The translations under genes and the position numbers were made by a program. Below are positions 1-11,060 of a stretch of DNA of 52,962 bases, piece after piece. The DNA comes from Nitrospirota bacterium (lineage in GTDB: Bacteria; Nitrospirota; UBA9217). The stretch spans positions 1-52,962 of the forward strand of contig CAVUHW010000042.1 of NCBI GenBank assembly GCA_963741205.1. The letters are read 5' to 3'. Position 1 is the stretch's first letter; each line of letters begins with the position of its first letter. Under the pieces are notes generated by a model. That model saw only the letters and a list, made by a program, of their open reading frames with translations, did not search any database and was not told the DNA's origin.

Positions 1-61
1 AGCAAGTTTATACTGTCGTGGGCAGCAAGGCGAGGGGGCCGAAGTGGTAATAAAGTATTGA

Positions 62-99
62 AATAAAAAGCCTATCTCCGCCGGAGGTGGGCTTTTATT
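62..99. terminator. Intrinsic, probably bidirectional, terminator after an upstream gene that ends at about 50 (…KARGPKW-TAA-TAA)
   Basis: Inverted repeat AATAAAAAGCCTATCTCC-GCC-GGAGGTGGGCTTTTATT with A- and T-tracts on either side. Confidence 0.7.
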
Positions 100-274
100 G
101 TTTGGGATTGTCCTCTCGCGAGTTCACAAAAAGTCCAATTAATCCAGAGACCGTGCCGGCCTCTGTTAAATTTCGTCGCATTCCTTTATATAGATACAAA
201 AGTCGCAGGAGAGTAATTTCTAACGGATTAATTTGTCGGATCGCCATCTTCTTAGTAAGCACGGGAGCACGAAA

Positions 275-484
275 ATGAAGATAAGACGAGGATTATTCGC
301 GTTATTATCAGCTGCGGTTATTTATTTACTTGCACTTCCAGGTGCATCATACTCCTATGACGTCTCCGGCACCGTACACTATGCCGGGACAAAAACGGGT
401 CGCATCTACATTGTGGTGTCGAACCACACCGGAGAATTGGGCACAAGCATCAGCACCCCCGGACTTTTTACGATCCGGGGGTGA
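275..484 (+). CDS. Short secreted protein, or truncated N-terminus of a large surface protein
   Basis: GGGAG RBS; signal-peptide-like MKIRRGLFALLSAAVIYLLALPGASYS, then beta-rich YDVSGTVHYAGTKTGRIYI; stops after 69 aa. Confidence 0.5.
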   Translation: MKIRRGLFALLSAAVIYLLALPGASYSYDVSGTVHYAGTKTGRIYIVVSNHTGELGTSISTPGLFTIRG

Positions 485-561
485 TGTGGAGCGAGCCAAC
501 CGCGTTTGGCGTATGAGACAGCAACATCGTTGCCTCGGTTCATAAGGAATGAGAACATGCT

Positions 562-1054
562 ATGAAAATGAGACTGACCGCCGGAATGCTTTTTATGATA
601 TCGATTCTGTTTGCTTGCGGCGGAGGCGGTGCGTGGTGGGGCTTCTACTCCGACTCAGCCGACCACAGCGGTAATCAAGATTGCCACCCAGGGGACGCCT
701 TCGAACAGCCCAGTAAGTGGAGTACAGGTAGTACTGCACCTTCCCGCCGGTGTGTCGGTAAAGACCGCCCAGAGTGAGCTCCAGACAGATCCCGGCGTTG
801 TCACGGCATCGGGAAATGCCGCAGGAGCTGAGCTTGCCATCGGTTCATATTCGGCAGCAAACAATACTGTCTCTCTCTCGGTCGTCAAATCAACGGGCTT
901 CGCAGTCGGCGAATTCGCCACGGTGAATTGCAACATCGCCACTGGCACGTTTCCCGCATCAGGAGACTTTAGCGTCTCGAACCTGACGGCTTTCGATACG
1001 AACGGAGCAGCGGTTACAGGTTTGACGGCAATTTTCACATCGTCGATCAATTAG
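562..1054 (+). CDS. Lipoprotein with a single beta-sandwich-like domain (frameshift near 630)
   Basis: ORF 562 gives the lipobox LFAC-GGGG. ORF 611..1054 supplies the continuation GGASTPTQPTTAVIKIATQG. Confidence 0.7.
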
Positions 1055-1115
1055 GCCGGATTGAATGAAGAGTGTGACGATAAAAATCGAAAGAGATATG
1101 GAGAGGGGAGGTTCT

Positions 1116-3758
1116 ATGAAACGCATATTCTGTCTGTCAATTGTGGCTCTCGTTTCGGCTATTCTTGTCACGGCATGCGGCGGGGGCGGGGGTGGAGGCG
1201 GCGGAAACGGGGCGGGCGGAGGAGCGGTTGGAAGCATGAGTTTTAATGTGGCCGGCTCCGAATCCCTTATCGCAACCAAGAACCCGGCCCAACAAGCCTC
1301 GGCATCGTTCTCCGGAAAAATTGCGATAATGCTGGGCATGAAGAAAAAAGAGCTTATCTTTATCGGTACAGGGGATCGTCAAACGGCGAAATCCATCCAT
1401 GCAAGAAGCGCCTCCGGCGACCTGAATGGAACGACAAACTTGTTCGCAGTCGGCTCAGACGGGAATGTAACCGCGGCGATACAGAGCGATGTGTCAGTGA
1501 AGGTCATGTATTCCGTATTAAGCGCAGACGGCCAGTCTGTCTACGTCGCCCTTGACCCATATCAATCGCAGCCAACTATTTCCACATACAACTGCGCAAT
1601 CTTTAAGGTATCCGTTGCTGATAACAGTTTTGCCTGTCTGGACGAAGGTTATATTCCGCAGGACGTAAACGCCTATCAGGATTATTACTTGAAAAAGATA
1701 AACGGCACCGTTAAGCCCATCCAGACGGATACGGCGGGAAACGTGTATTATCTGGGATACGAACGTCCGGTACTCCTCGCTCCTGGCGAGCCCCCGGTCC
1801 CGTATCAGACCGGCGGAACGCCCGTGATTCGAAGAATAAAGCCTGACGGGACGAAGGTTTCGATCACCCCCGATGTCCTTGCAATTCAGAGCTTTATCGT
1901 GATGAGGAACGGCGTGCTGGTATACACCTATTCCGGCATCGACTCCGGTATAAAGATGTACGACCCCCAGACCGGAAGTACAAACAGGCTTACCGATGAC
2001 GGAGCCTCCCAATGGTGGAGCACTATGTTTCTGGCCGCTGATGACAAGGAAACCGTCGTGTTCGGCACGAGTTCCGCAGACTACACGGGCGTTTATTTCG
2101 TCCAGAAATACGGCAACGGCGGAAGATACGTGGTAAAACTGGACACGAGTTTGTTCGGCGGCACCTATGCAGGCGCGACCTATGCGCCGATCCCGGTACG
2201 ATTGATTATCGGCGATGACGGCAATCTCTACGGACTTTTTTATGGTTCCCAAGCAATCGATCCGACCAATCTCCCCACGAACCCCATGGCAAGCGAAAAG
2301 TATCTCTCGCTCTTCCAACTTCTTCCCTATGATGCCTCCCCCAAGGCGACATGCAAAGGGGGGAGTTCTGTCGACTGGTGGACGGCGATGAACGGCATGG
2401 ATTTTCAGGTAAGTAAGGGGCATGCCTACTATGTTGAAAAAGAAAGCCATCCCAGCGGCGTCTACAGCCCGAGGCAAGTCATAAAAATTGCCGATTTTTC
2501 CGGCGGCGTCGTCACGCTGCTCGGCGACGACCAGTGGTCGCAGCGATACGAGATCTTCGCCTGGAAGCTCGTCGGCGACGTTTTGTACTTTTCGGGCGTG
2601 GACGATTCAACTTCGACCATGGTCTCGGGCAGGATCGACACTGTCAAACTCCGCAATGGAGAGCCCGCTTCGTCCTATTTGACGGTAAATGAGGTGGCAT
2701 CCGTTTCGGGCACCTCATCGGAGATACAGGACATGGAGGTCTTGAAACCTCAAACCCCCGCGGTTGACACGGGCGATCATCCCGTTGTTACGAAGTTGTT
2801 CGTCGATCAGGAGAACCTCTATTCAGCCAGCGTAAAATTCTCGAAATACATGGACAAGGACGGAGTAAACGCCGGGGTGCACCTGAGAAATGCAGGGACC
2901 GCGGCCGACGTTAACGCGATGAAGGTCTGGTTCTACACGACCCTGCACCTGATCGTGGACAAGGACTTTGTCGCCGGTGCGACCACGGCCCCTCTGGATT
3001 ACGGTACTCCGTATGAGTTGTCCGTTGATCCGACTGTCAGGGATGTGTGGAACTGGGACATTGCAAACCAGAATCTTATTACCGGTTTTACCACCAGACC
3101 CCTGGAAGGCTGGTATACCGGCAGATCAGATGCAACCGGTGTTGCGGCAGGGATAACCGACGGCCTCGTCGGTAAATGTACGTCAACGCGCCTCTATGAC
3201 CCTGCATCTCTCAACCAGCCTTACAGCAGGCTGACGTCAAGCAGCCCGGACGGGAATTTCCGCGTGCAGTTCTCCGCGAGGAACAGGGCTTACTGGGGGG
3301 AATTGACGCTTGCTTTGCGCGATGCCGCAAGTAACAGTAAATTGTTTGCCATCACTTTAAGTCCGGGTTCTTCCATTTTTCAGCCCGGCATGCTGGGTAC
3401 TCAAGAGTACAAAACCATTGCCAGGGTATTTAACAGCGCCTGGTCGCGCTATTCCATCGATATGTTCAACGGGAACGTCAAGGTTGCCGCCTTCTACGCA
3501 GATGGAACACAGGAGATCATATTCGACAAATCGAACGTACTATTCAGCTCCGGCGGTGGTATCACGTTTAGTCCACCTACAACGGCCTGGGACCTCGATT
3601 TTAAGATAGGGTCAAATGCGGCCGAGTTCGACGATTTCAGGGTCATCAAACTCGATAATGCAGGAAACGAGGTCGGCACCCCCTTGCTGGATGAGACGTT
3701 CTCTACTGCAACCATAAGCAGCGCTTTGGTCACAACAGTACAAAATTCCGCTTTCTAA
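1116..3758 (+). CDS. Large poly-Gly-tethered lipoprotein with one Ig-like (Big_5-like) domain
   Basis: GGAGG RBS; MKRIFCLSIVALVSAILVTAC-G9; Big_5-like segment SVKFSKYMD…YELSVDPTVRDVWNW…GFTT. Confidence 0.8.
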   Translation: MKRIFCLSIVALVSAILVTACGGGGGGGGGNGAGGGAVGSMSFNVAGSESLIATKNPAQQASASFSGKIAIMLGMKKKELIFIGTGDRQTAKSIHARSASGDLNGTTNLFAVGSDGNVTAAIQSDVSVKVMYSVLSADGQSVYVALDPYQSQPTISTYNCAIFKVSVADNSFACLDEGYIPQDVNAYQDYYLKKINGTVKPIQTDTAGNVYYLGYERPVLLAPGEPPVPYQTGGTPVIRRIKPDGTKVSITPDVLAIQSFIVMRNGVLVYTYSGIDSGIKMYDPQTGSTNRLTDDGASQWWSTMFLAADDKETVVFGTSSADYTGVYFVQKYGNGGRYVVKLDTSLFGGTYAGATYAPIPVRLIIGDDGNLYGLFYGSQAIDPTNLPTNPMASEKYLSLFQLLPYDASPKATCKGGSSVDWWTAMNGMDFQVSKGHAYYVEKESHPSGVYSPRQVIKIADFSGGVVTLLGDDQWSQRYEIFAWKLVGDVLYFSGVDDSTSTMVSGRIDTVKLRNGEPASSYLTVNEVASVSGTSSEIQDMEVLKPQTPAVDTGDHPVVTKLFVDQENLYSASVKFSKYMDKDGVNAGVHLRNAGTAADVNAMKVWFYTTLHLIVDKDFVAGATTAPLDYGTPYELSVDPTVRDVWNWDIANQNLITGFTTRPLEGWYTGRSDATGVAAGITDGLVGKCTSTRLYDPASLNQPYSRLTSSSPDGNFRVQFSARNRAYWGELTLALRDAASNSKLFAITLSPGSSIFQPGMLGTQEYKTIARVFNSAWSRYSIDMFNGNVKVAAFYADGTQEIIFDKSNVLFSSGGGITFSPPTTAWDLDFKIGSNAAEFDDFRVIKLDNAGNEVGTPLLDETFSTATISSALVTTVQNSAF

Positions 3759-3791
3759 GCGGTGAAAACGTACGAGAATACAGAGCAGAGC

Positions 3792-3863
3792 ATAATTGTG
3801 GTTGCTCTAGACGGCAAGGGGGGCATCTCGGAGAGCGCCGTGTGGAGCTTCACGACGCAATAG
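3792..3863 (+). pseudogene. Orphan 3' end of an Ig/FN3-like surface-protein gene
   Basis: Reads IIVVALDGKGGISESAVWSFTTQ-stop with no start codon. WSFTT is the domain-terminal motif also found in the 6768 protein. Confidence 0.5.
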
Positions 3864-3910
3864 CGGAAATGGTTTGACCGGCCTATTCCGGAGCGGGTGA
3901 GGAGGGTACC

Positions 3911-6581
3911 ATGAAACGCTTATCAGGTTTCTCTACGTTAATATTTGTTCTGGCGATTCTTGCGGCTGCATGCAGCGGCGGGGGAGGCGGTGGCGGCGGT
4001 TTGGGAGGCATCACGTATGATGGAGTGACGACGCAGGCCCCTCTTACGGCGGCCAACGCGAATGAAATCTTTTCCATGATGTGGAACGGCGGAATGTCGA
4101 CGGGTTCCGTCTCCCTTTCACCGGCAATCTCAAAGTCAGCGTCATCCGGCGATTCGAAAGAAGGCGGAATTGTTTCTCTTGCCAAAGGTCTGAGGGCTCG
4201 TCTGACGGGAGGTGTCTCCAAGTTCTCCGGCGGGACGAAAAAGATGCGGAGCGCGGTCCCGGTAAATGAAACGATTCCCGGAGCGGTAAGCGGGACGCTG
4301 ACCATGACCGGCAGCATCGACGACACGACGCTCACGGGAAGTATGACCATGACCTATACCAATTTCAATGACGGCGACGGGTTTACGATTGACGGCGTCG
4401 TGACCGTGACAGTAGACGGGTTCGACAGCGCAAACGGGATCCTGACCGATGCGACTATGAGCTTTACGTCATGGACCATGAAATCCCGAGGCGTCGATTT
4501 TACCCTCGGGGGATCGATAAGGATGCAGGAGAGCGTGCAGAACAGGAGCGACACCGTGACCATCAACATGAACGGCCGCGACAACATCGGAAACGACTCG
4601 TTCAAATTCGAAAACTATGTTGAGACGACCGTTTACGATAACCTTTTTTACCCCTCGACAGGATCCGAAACGTACAGCGGACGGGTGTACGCCGGGAAGT
4701 ACGGCTATGTTGACGTCAGCACTGTCTCTCCCTGCGTCTATTCGAACCCCTACGGTGACCCGGGCAGCGGCGGACCGATCATCCTTGCCGGGGCGGGGAA
4801 TACCAGGGCCGCCATCACACCCCTTTCAACGACCTATGTCAAAATCGAAGTCGATAATAACGGCGACAGCGCTTACGAGGACAAGAATACCTACGCCTGG
4901 AACAACCTGGATGGGGCTCCCTCCAATGTTTCCCCTGTAGCGAATGCCGGTCCTGACCAGAATGTGGTAACGGGATCCTTAGTGATGCTCAATGGCAGCG
5001 GCAGCAGTAGTGCTATAGGCGCGACGCTTACGTACAACTGGTCGTTCACGTCAATGCCGCCCGGCAGCACCGCGACCTTGTCTAATTCTACATCGGTGAC
5101 CCCGACATTCAGGGCGGATAAAAGTGGGTCGTACGTGCTTAATTTGATTGTCACTGACGGTCAGGCGAATAGTGCGGCCGATACGGTAACGATCACGGCA
5201 TCGACGACGAACTCGGCCCCTGTAGCCAATGCCGGCCCTGACCAGAACGTGACAACGGGCTCACTGGTCACCCTAAACGGCAGCGGGAGCATGGACATGA
5301 ACGGGGACTTATTGACCTACAACTGGTCGTTCTTGTCAAAGCCCGCCGGCAGCAATGCCGCGTTGTTGATTTCTACCTTGGTCAATCCGATCTTTACGGC
5401 GGATAAAAGCGGGTCGTACGTGCTCAGTTTGATCGTCAATGACGGTCAGGCGAATAGCGCAGCTGACATCGTGGTGATAACGGCAACTACGACGGACATA
5501 CCCCCTGTCGCCAATGCCGGCCCTGACCAGGTAGTGGTCACAGGATCTCTTGTGATGCTCAATGGCAGCGGCAGCAGTAGCGTCATCGGCGCGGCGCTAA
5601 CATACAACTGGTCATTTATGTCAAAACCTGCCGACAGCACTGCGACGCTGTCAAATTCCACTGCGATCAACCCGACGTTTATGGCCGATAAGACCGGTTC
5701 ATATGTGGTTAGCTTGATCGTAAGTAATGGTCAGACAAACAGCGCGGCTGACACCGTGGTGATAACGGCAACGGTGGCGAATATTACCCCCGTCGCCAAT
5801 GCCGGTCCTGACCAGAATGTGGTGATTGGATCTGTCGTGACGCTTAACGGCAGCGGCAGCAGTGATGCCAACGGCGATGTGCTTACTTACAACTGGTCGT
5901 TCACGTTAAAGCCCGCAGGCAGCATTGCGGCGCTGACAAATTCTGCCGCGGTCAACCCGACGTTTACGGCGGATGTTGAGGGAACGTATGTCTTGAGCCT
6001 GATTGTCAGCGACGGAAATTTAACCAGCAGCGCCGATTCGGTCATGATAACGGCCACTTCTGCCTCACTGGTAGTCGACCAGCAGCAGCCGGTTATCGAC
6101 ATTGACTGTGGGGGGGCCGATAATAGGGGGTACCAGCCAGGAAAAACTGGCGCAAGTTGTTACTGCGGGTTTGTCGGGGATGCTTACCGAGGTGAGGTTC
6201 CCGGTCGCCTGCGCATCAGGCGACCTGATCGTCGAGATACAGGGCGTGACCGGAGGCATGCCCAATGGAATAGTGCTGGCATCGCAAACCATCCCGGCGG
6301 CAAGCCTGCCGTCTTTCTTCCCCACACCGGGAGTCGTGAGTTTCCGAAGCCTCTCCTTAACAACGCCGGTTTCCCTGTCAGCGGGGAGTCAATTTGCCGT
6401 TGTCCTGAGCTCTACCGGTGAATGCGGCGTTTTCCAGGGACCGGTTGGCGATTCGTACTCGGGAGGAAATGCGTTCTTTGACGCCCGGCCTAATGTCGCG
6501 GGCGTGTGGGTTTGTGTCTGTGATTTTCTGGGATCCCGCTTTGACTTACCGTTCCAGACCTTGGTGGAACCGGCAAACTGA
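3911..6581 (+). CDS. Lipoprotein with four PKD/REJ-like Ig repeats (frameshift near 6104)
   Basis: GAGGAGGG RBS; lipobox AAAC-SG8; four PVANAGPDQ…LNGSGS…YNWSF…LIV.DG repeats; C-terminal domain continues in ORF 6102..6581. Confidence 0.8.
4932..6055 (+). repeat. Four tandem coding repeats of about 285 bp (95 aa)
   Basis: CCCCTGTAGCGAATGCCGGTCCTGACCAG-like starts at about 4932, 5217, 5502 and 5787. Confidence 0.85.
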
Positions 6582-6767
6582 GGGAATCCGAGCAAGAACT
6601 CACCGATTCAGTAGGGCCGGCACCAATTAGTCGTCGATGTCAAGGGATTTCCCCATACGGTGAAAATTAAGACGGATGGCATTCGCTGAGCATGGAGATG
6701 GAATAGCTAAAGACATGCTGGAAGAGTGGAGGCTGCTGGTATGTGCCTTGATTACGGGGAGAGTGAT

Positions 6768-8970
6768 ATGAGACGCATATCTTGGTCGTTTGTGGCGGCG
6801 CTCAGTATGGCATTTTTTATGGCGACATGCAGCGGAGGAGGTGGCGGCGGAGGAGGAGGTGGAACGCCTCCCGCACCCGTATTGCCTACGGTGAAATCAA
6901 CATCTCCTGCCGCCGGCGCCACGAACGTCGCGATCAACACGGTGATTGCCGCCGCGTTCTCCGGGGAGATGGACGCCGCGACCATTAACGGGACAACCTT
7001 CACGCTCAGTAACGGCGTGAACGGCGTAGTCACTTATGATTCGACTAACTTCATCGCTACGTTCGCCCCGGCCGGTAATCTTGCTTCCAACACCACGTAC
7101 ACGGCAACGATAACGACCGGCGTTCGGGACAAGGCCGGAAACGCGATGGCGAGCAATTTCGAATGGAACTTCACGACCGGCAGCACTCTTGACACTTCAC
7201 TGCCTCAGGTACTTTCGACTACTCCTTCAGCCGGCGCATCATCGGTACCGGTCAACACAGCTGATGACGGCTTTGTTCTCCGAGGCGATGGATGCCACGA
7301 CCATAAACAGCGCAACCTTTACGCTGAGCAACGGCGTGACCGGCGCGGTCACCTACGATGCGCCAAACCATATAGCCAAATTCACTCCGTCCGGCAATCT
7401 TGCTTCCAATACTACGTATACGGCGACGATCACGACCGGAGTCCGGGACCTGGCCGGGAACGCCCTGGCGAATAACTTCGTCTGGAGCTTCACGACCGGC
7501 AGCGCATCAGACACCACTCCGCCCGCCGTATCATCGACTACTCCCGCAGCAGGCGCATCATTTGTCCCGGTCAATACATCCATAACTTCCTTATTCTCCG
7601 AGGCTATGGACGCCGCGACCATAAATGGCACGAGCTTTACGCTGAGCAGCGGCGTAACAGGCGCGGTCACCTACGATGCGGTAAACCATGCCGCAACGTT
7701 CGCTCCATCGGGCAGTCTTGCTTACAATACCACGTACACGGCTACGGTCACGAGCGGCGTCCGGGACCTGGCCGGGAACGCTCTGGCGCAAGATTTCACC
7801 TGGAACTTTACCACCCTGCCTATTCCTGCGGCAATATCAACAGGCTGCGAGGACATTTTCGGCGGTTTTGGGTGCTCAGTCCCTGATGGACGCTCAATTT
7901 TCCGCTGTCATGGCATTGGGCCAAAACTCGCTTCCTGCGGGTTTTGCGCCGGGCCTGACCAAGGGCAGCAGAGGAGATATCGGGAGCATCGACCCGACCC
8001 TTGCGTCGATCGTGGAGAATATGCAGAGGTTACTACGTTCGGCGGCAATCCAGGGCGCGGTAAGAAAAGCCGGGGCGCGTCACAGGCGCAGTTCGCCCCC
8101 AGTCAATACCACCTTAACGACTGAGTTCTGTTCGAACGCCGACGGAAGTGTCGCGATCACCGGCACCAATAATTATGATGATGCCCTTAGCACCTCGTCA
8201 CCTTCACGTACGACCTGAGCTTCACCAACTGCAGGGACGATATCGAGTTTACGCAACTGGACGGCTTGCTGCACATCGAAAGCGTACAGAGCACAGCGAG
8301 TGACGCGATTACGTCGAGACTGACCGCGAATAGCCTGACTGAAAAACAGTTCTCTTCAGCCGTATTCGACGTCATGACGCAGCAATCCGTCATGAACGGC
8401 TCCTTCGTCATCGACAATCAGGTGATCACAATAGCGAAGACCGCATCTGGATCATTCGTGGTGACAACTCCGGCCCAGGGCGCCGCGACTGAAAAGGTCG
8501 TGACCTTGACGTACACCGGATTAGTTGAAAACAGCAGTTTGACGCACAACGTTGATGCGTCGGACACGAATGTGACAGCATCCGCGGGGACGATTATGCT
8601 GGGAGTCACGCAGGGAGGGGCCGTGACACTCCAGATGACCCTCGGGATCAGCCTTGAGAACAAGACGCAGACTTATGAATGACGTTGCGGGTACGAGAAA
8701 AAACTGGATAAACGGGACAGTGAACGCAACGTGGGTGCCCGACCTCAGCCAGGCCGGCTGCAAGACGGGCAGCCTGACATTCCTCATGCACTCGCGCCGA
8801 GGACCTTCACGTCGGCTTCCGGTCTCTGCCCGGTTTCAGGTACCGTGATGATGAATGATGCGACGGTTACCTATGGAACCCCGGTCCTGGTGACTGCGGG
8901 CAACGGGGAAACGCAGTTATTCCCTGATTGTACCGCATTGAATCAGGCAGGCGTTGTGTGTTTGCCGTAA
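6768..8970 (+). CDS. Lipoprotein with three Big_5 (Ig-like) repeats and a C-terminal beta-rich domain; several frameshifts
   Basis: Lipobox MATC-SG10; three P.V.ST.P…FS..MD..TI…TYTAT.T.GVRD.AGNA…W.FTT repeats spread over ORFs 6726 and 7189; continues through ORFs 7688, 8266, 8654 and 8731. Confidence 0.7.
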
Positions 8971-9416
8971 TAACGGATAACTTTGCAGGTGGTCAAATTG
9001 TTTACGTTGTCCCATGTTTTCGCATGAAGGTACTGGTTGAAGGGGGGCCGGAATGTTGAATCAGTGGTGATATTTGTTGTTGAACAATGTCATAGCTTGG
9101 CTCGCCCGACAAAAAATGTAGAGCCTTACCACTCACGAGACGGTTTTGACCTTAAGGGATACTGTGAGTGGGGCAAGGGACTATCGCGGTCATACATGAT
9201 CAAAAAATAAAATAAATGATGCTTCGTATTCTCTTGGTTCTCTCGATTACATTCTGAAGAAATACAACGCAGATACTCTAAAGTTGGTGGGTGCCAGGGA
9301 TGAAAGCAACGTTATGAAATGCATATTTTGCCAGACAATGAGGCGCTCGTTGATGGAAAGCCTACTGGAGTGGTCCAAGCGACGCGATTACTAACATCTC
9401 GAAAGGAGGAAAAAAA

Positions 9417-10083
9417 ATGAAGAAAAGCATTGCACTGGGAACAGTAATAATTCTGGGTGTTTTTCTCTTTGTATCCGGTTGCAGCAGTGGAAGTAAAAGC
9501 AGTTCATCGGGAAGCGCGAGTTCCCTTCGTGTGCTCGCCAAAAATGTCATTTTCGGTATCATCTACGGCAAACGCGGCTACAACAATGAAGGCTGCCGGC
9601 GCTGTGGATACGACAACGCAGGTGTTAGCGGAAAACGTCGTTATCGAAACCGCAAACAACAGCTTAACGTCAGGAGATCTGCAAAGCGCATTAGACAATG
9701 AACTGGCCATCAAGCTTTCGGCGTATCTGCCGGGAACTGTCTGGACGGTTACGAACAAGACTGCCGATCCTACCTATAGAGGGATCAATGGGCAAATAAC
9801 GTTCTCTATAGGTTCTCTTACAGTAAACTCGGGCAGATTTGCAGTTGCAGGTGTCGGCGCCGCTGGTGATAATTTTTGTACCCTGAATCCCGTTGGTTCT
9901 CTCACATATGAATTGCTGAGTGATGCGGTAATGTACCTCACCTGGACTGGACAGGATGGCAGTCAGCAAGATGCCACAATTACCGTTGTTGCGCGCAGCA
10001 AGGACAAATTAGTTTTAATTGGGACTGGCGGGTGTGGCTTTCAAGGTATTCCGAGAATATCTGTACTGACAAAGATATCTTAG
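9417..10083 (+). CDS. Lipoprotein of unknown function (frameshift near 9550)
   Basis: AAGGAGG RBS; lipobox VSGC followed by a Ser-rich tether; body continues in ORF 9457..10083. Confidence 0.7.
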
Positions 10084-10336
10084 CGTCAGGAGATTCAAGT
10101 CCGATCAATGCGGGATCATAACGGTCCAGCCAATTGTTTATCGAGGGCCATCTTTCGGGTGATGTGCCCCTGCTGCTCATACTGGCAGGGCTGACTTCGA
10201 GAGGGGAACAGCAAACGCGTCTTAAGAAAGGGGTAACGGTTGCCAGTTGCTCGTACGCGAAAGAAGAGTGAGTGGAACTGCAGTGTGAATTTTTTGATGC
10301 TTTTTCAGTTTAATTTTACTATAATACGGGCTAATT

Positions 10337-10741
10337 ATGATACTAAACAAGATAGTCATTCAACGTCAGGACGGCAGCGTGATGAAGGGGATTACCCGGG
10401 ATTTCATGCCCAACAAGGACATCTTCCATCTTGTGCCAACGGATGCTCCGCCGGATTTTAAACCCATAGCTGTTGTTGTCAAAGAGTTAAAAGCTGTTTT
10501 TTTTGTAAAGGATTTTACGGGAAACCGCCATTATAACGAAAAAAAAGACTTTGATATGCTCAAAGCGGCTTTGGGCAGGAAGATCAAGGTAGTGTTTCAG
10601 GATGGTGAAATATTAATCGGCACGACCCAAGGCTACCAGCCTGGCCGTCTCGGGTTCTTTGTCATCCCCGCTGACCCCAAGTCTAACAATGACCGGTGCT
10701 ACGTGATCTCTTCGGCTACCCGTGAAGTTTCATTCATTTGA
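10337..10741 (+). CDS. Conserved hypothetical protein (DUF6982-like, two small beta-barrel repeats)
   Basis: NKIV…DG..MKG.T.DF.P and KIKVVFQDGEILIGTTQGY.P.R.GFF..PAD motifs; TATAAT just upstream. Confidence 0.7.
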   Translation: MILNKIVIQRQDGSVMKGITRDFMPNKDIFHLVPTDAPPDFKPIAVVVKELKAVFFVKDFTGNRHYNEKKDFDMLKAALGRKIKVVFQDGEILIGTTQGYQPGRLGFFVIPADPKSNNDRCYVISSATREVSFI

Positions 10742-10762
10742 GCGTAACGCGCAAGATCGAAT

Positions 10763-10835
10763 GTTCAGAGTTCATGGTTCAGAGCTAACACCGGAGCGTG
10801 CTGCTCCCCCAAACTCCGAACTATGAACCCCGAAC
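10763..10835. repeat. Inverted repeat made of degenerate heptamers between convergent genes; possible terminator
   Basis: GTTCAGAGTTCATGGTTCAGAG (10763-10784) pairs with CTCCGAACTATGAACCCCGAAC (10814-10835). Confidence 0.6.
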
Positions 10836-10844
10836 CCGGGATGA

Positions 10845-11060
10845 TCACGCCGCCTTCACTTTCGATTCCCGCGCGAGATTGAACTCGAAGGTATAGACCC
10901 TGAAATCTCCTTCCGGGAATGCCTTCTTCATCCTGCTGATAAACTCGTCATACACAACCTTTTCGTATTGCTGGATGTCGTAGTCCCTCGTCTTATCCGT
11001 CACACCCTGAAGTTCCATGTCAAGGTAGAAGTCCATATCCGGTGAAATGCGTAACCGCAT
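10845..11060 (-). CDS. Small hypothetical protein (71 aa)
   Basis: GGAGGTG RBS upstream; plausible composition. Confidence 0.7.
   Translation of the reverse strand: MRLRISPDMDFYLDMELQGVTDKTRDYDIQQYEKVVYDEFISRMKKAFPEGDFRVYTFEFNLARESKVKAA

Noticed and set aside
618-645. Phase variation in the poly-Gly tracts
   Set aside because: Gly codons are mixed (GGC/GGA/GGT/GGG), not a pure simple repeat; the frameshift here is more simply one of the many indel errors
4932-7815. Repeats as a CRISPR array or DGR template/variable pair
   Set aside because: They are in-frame protein-domain repeats with no constant repeat-spacer pattern, no adenine-specific differences noticed, and no cas or reverse transcriptase gene
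1-10083. Lipoprotein array as integron cassettes
   Set aside because: No recurring attC-like RYYYAAC…GTTRRRY structures between the genes and no integron integrase
10084-10336. c-di-GMP or other riboswitch in the intergenic gap
   Set aside because: No GEMM-type consensus (GGCAAAC…GAAA…GACGCAAAGC) or other recognisable aptamer
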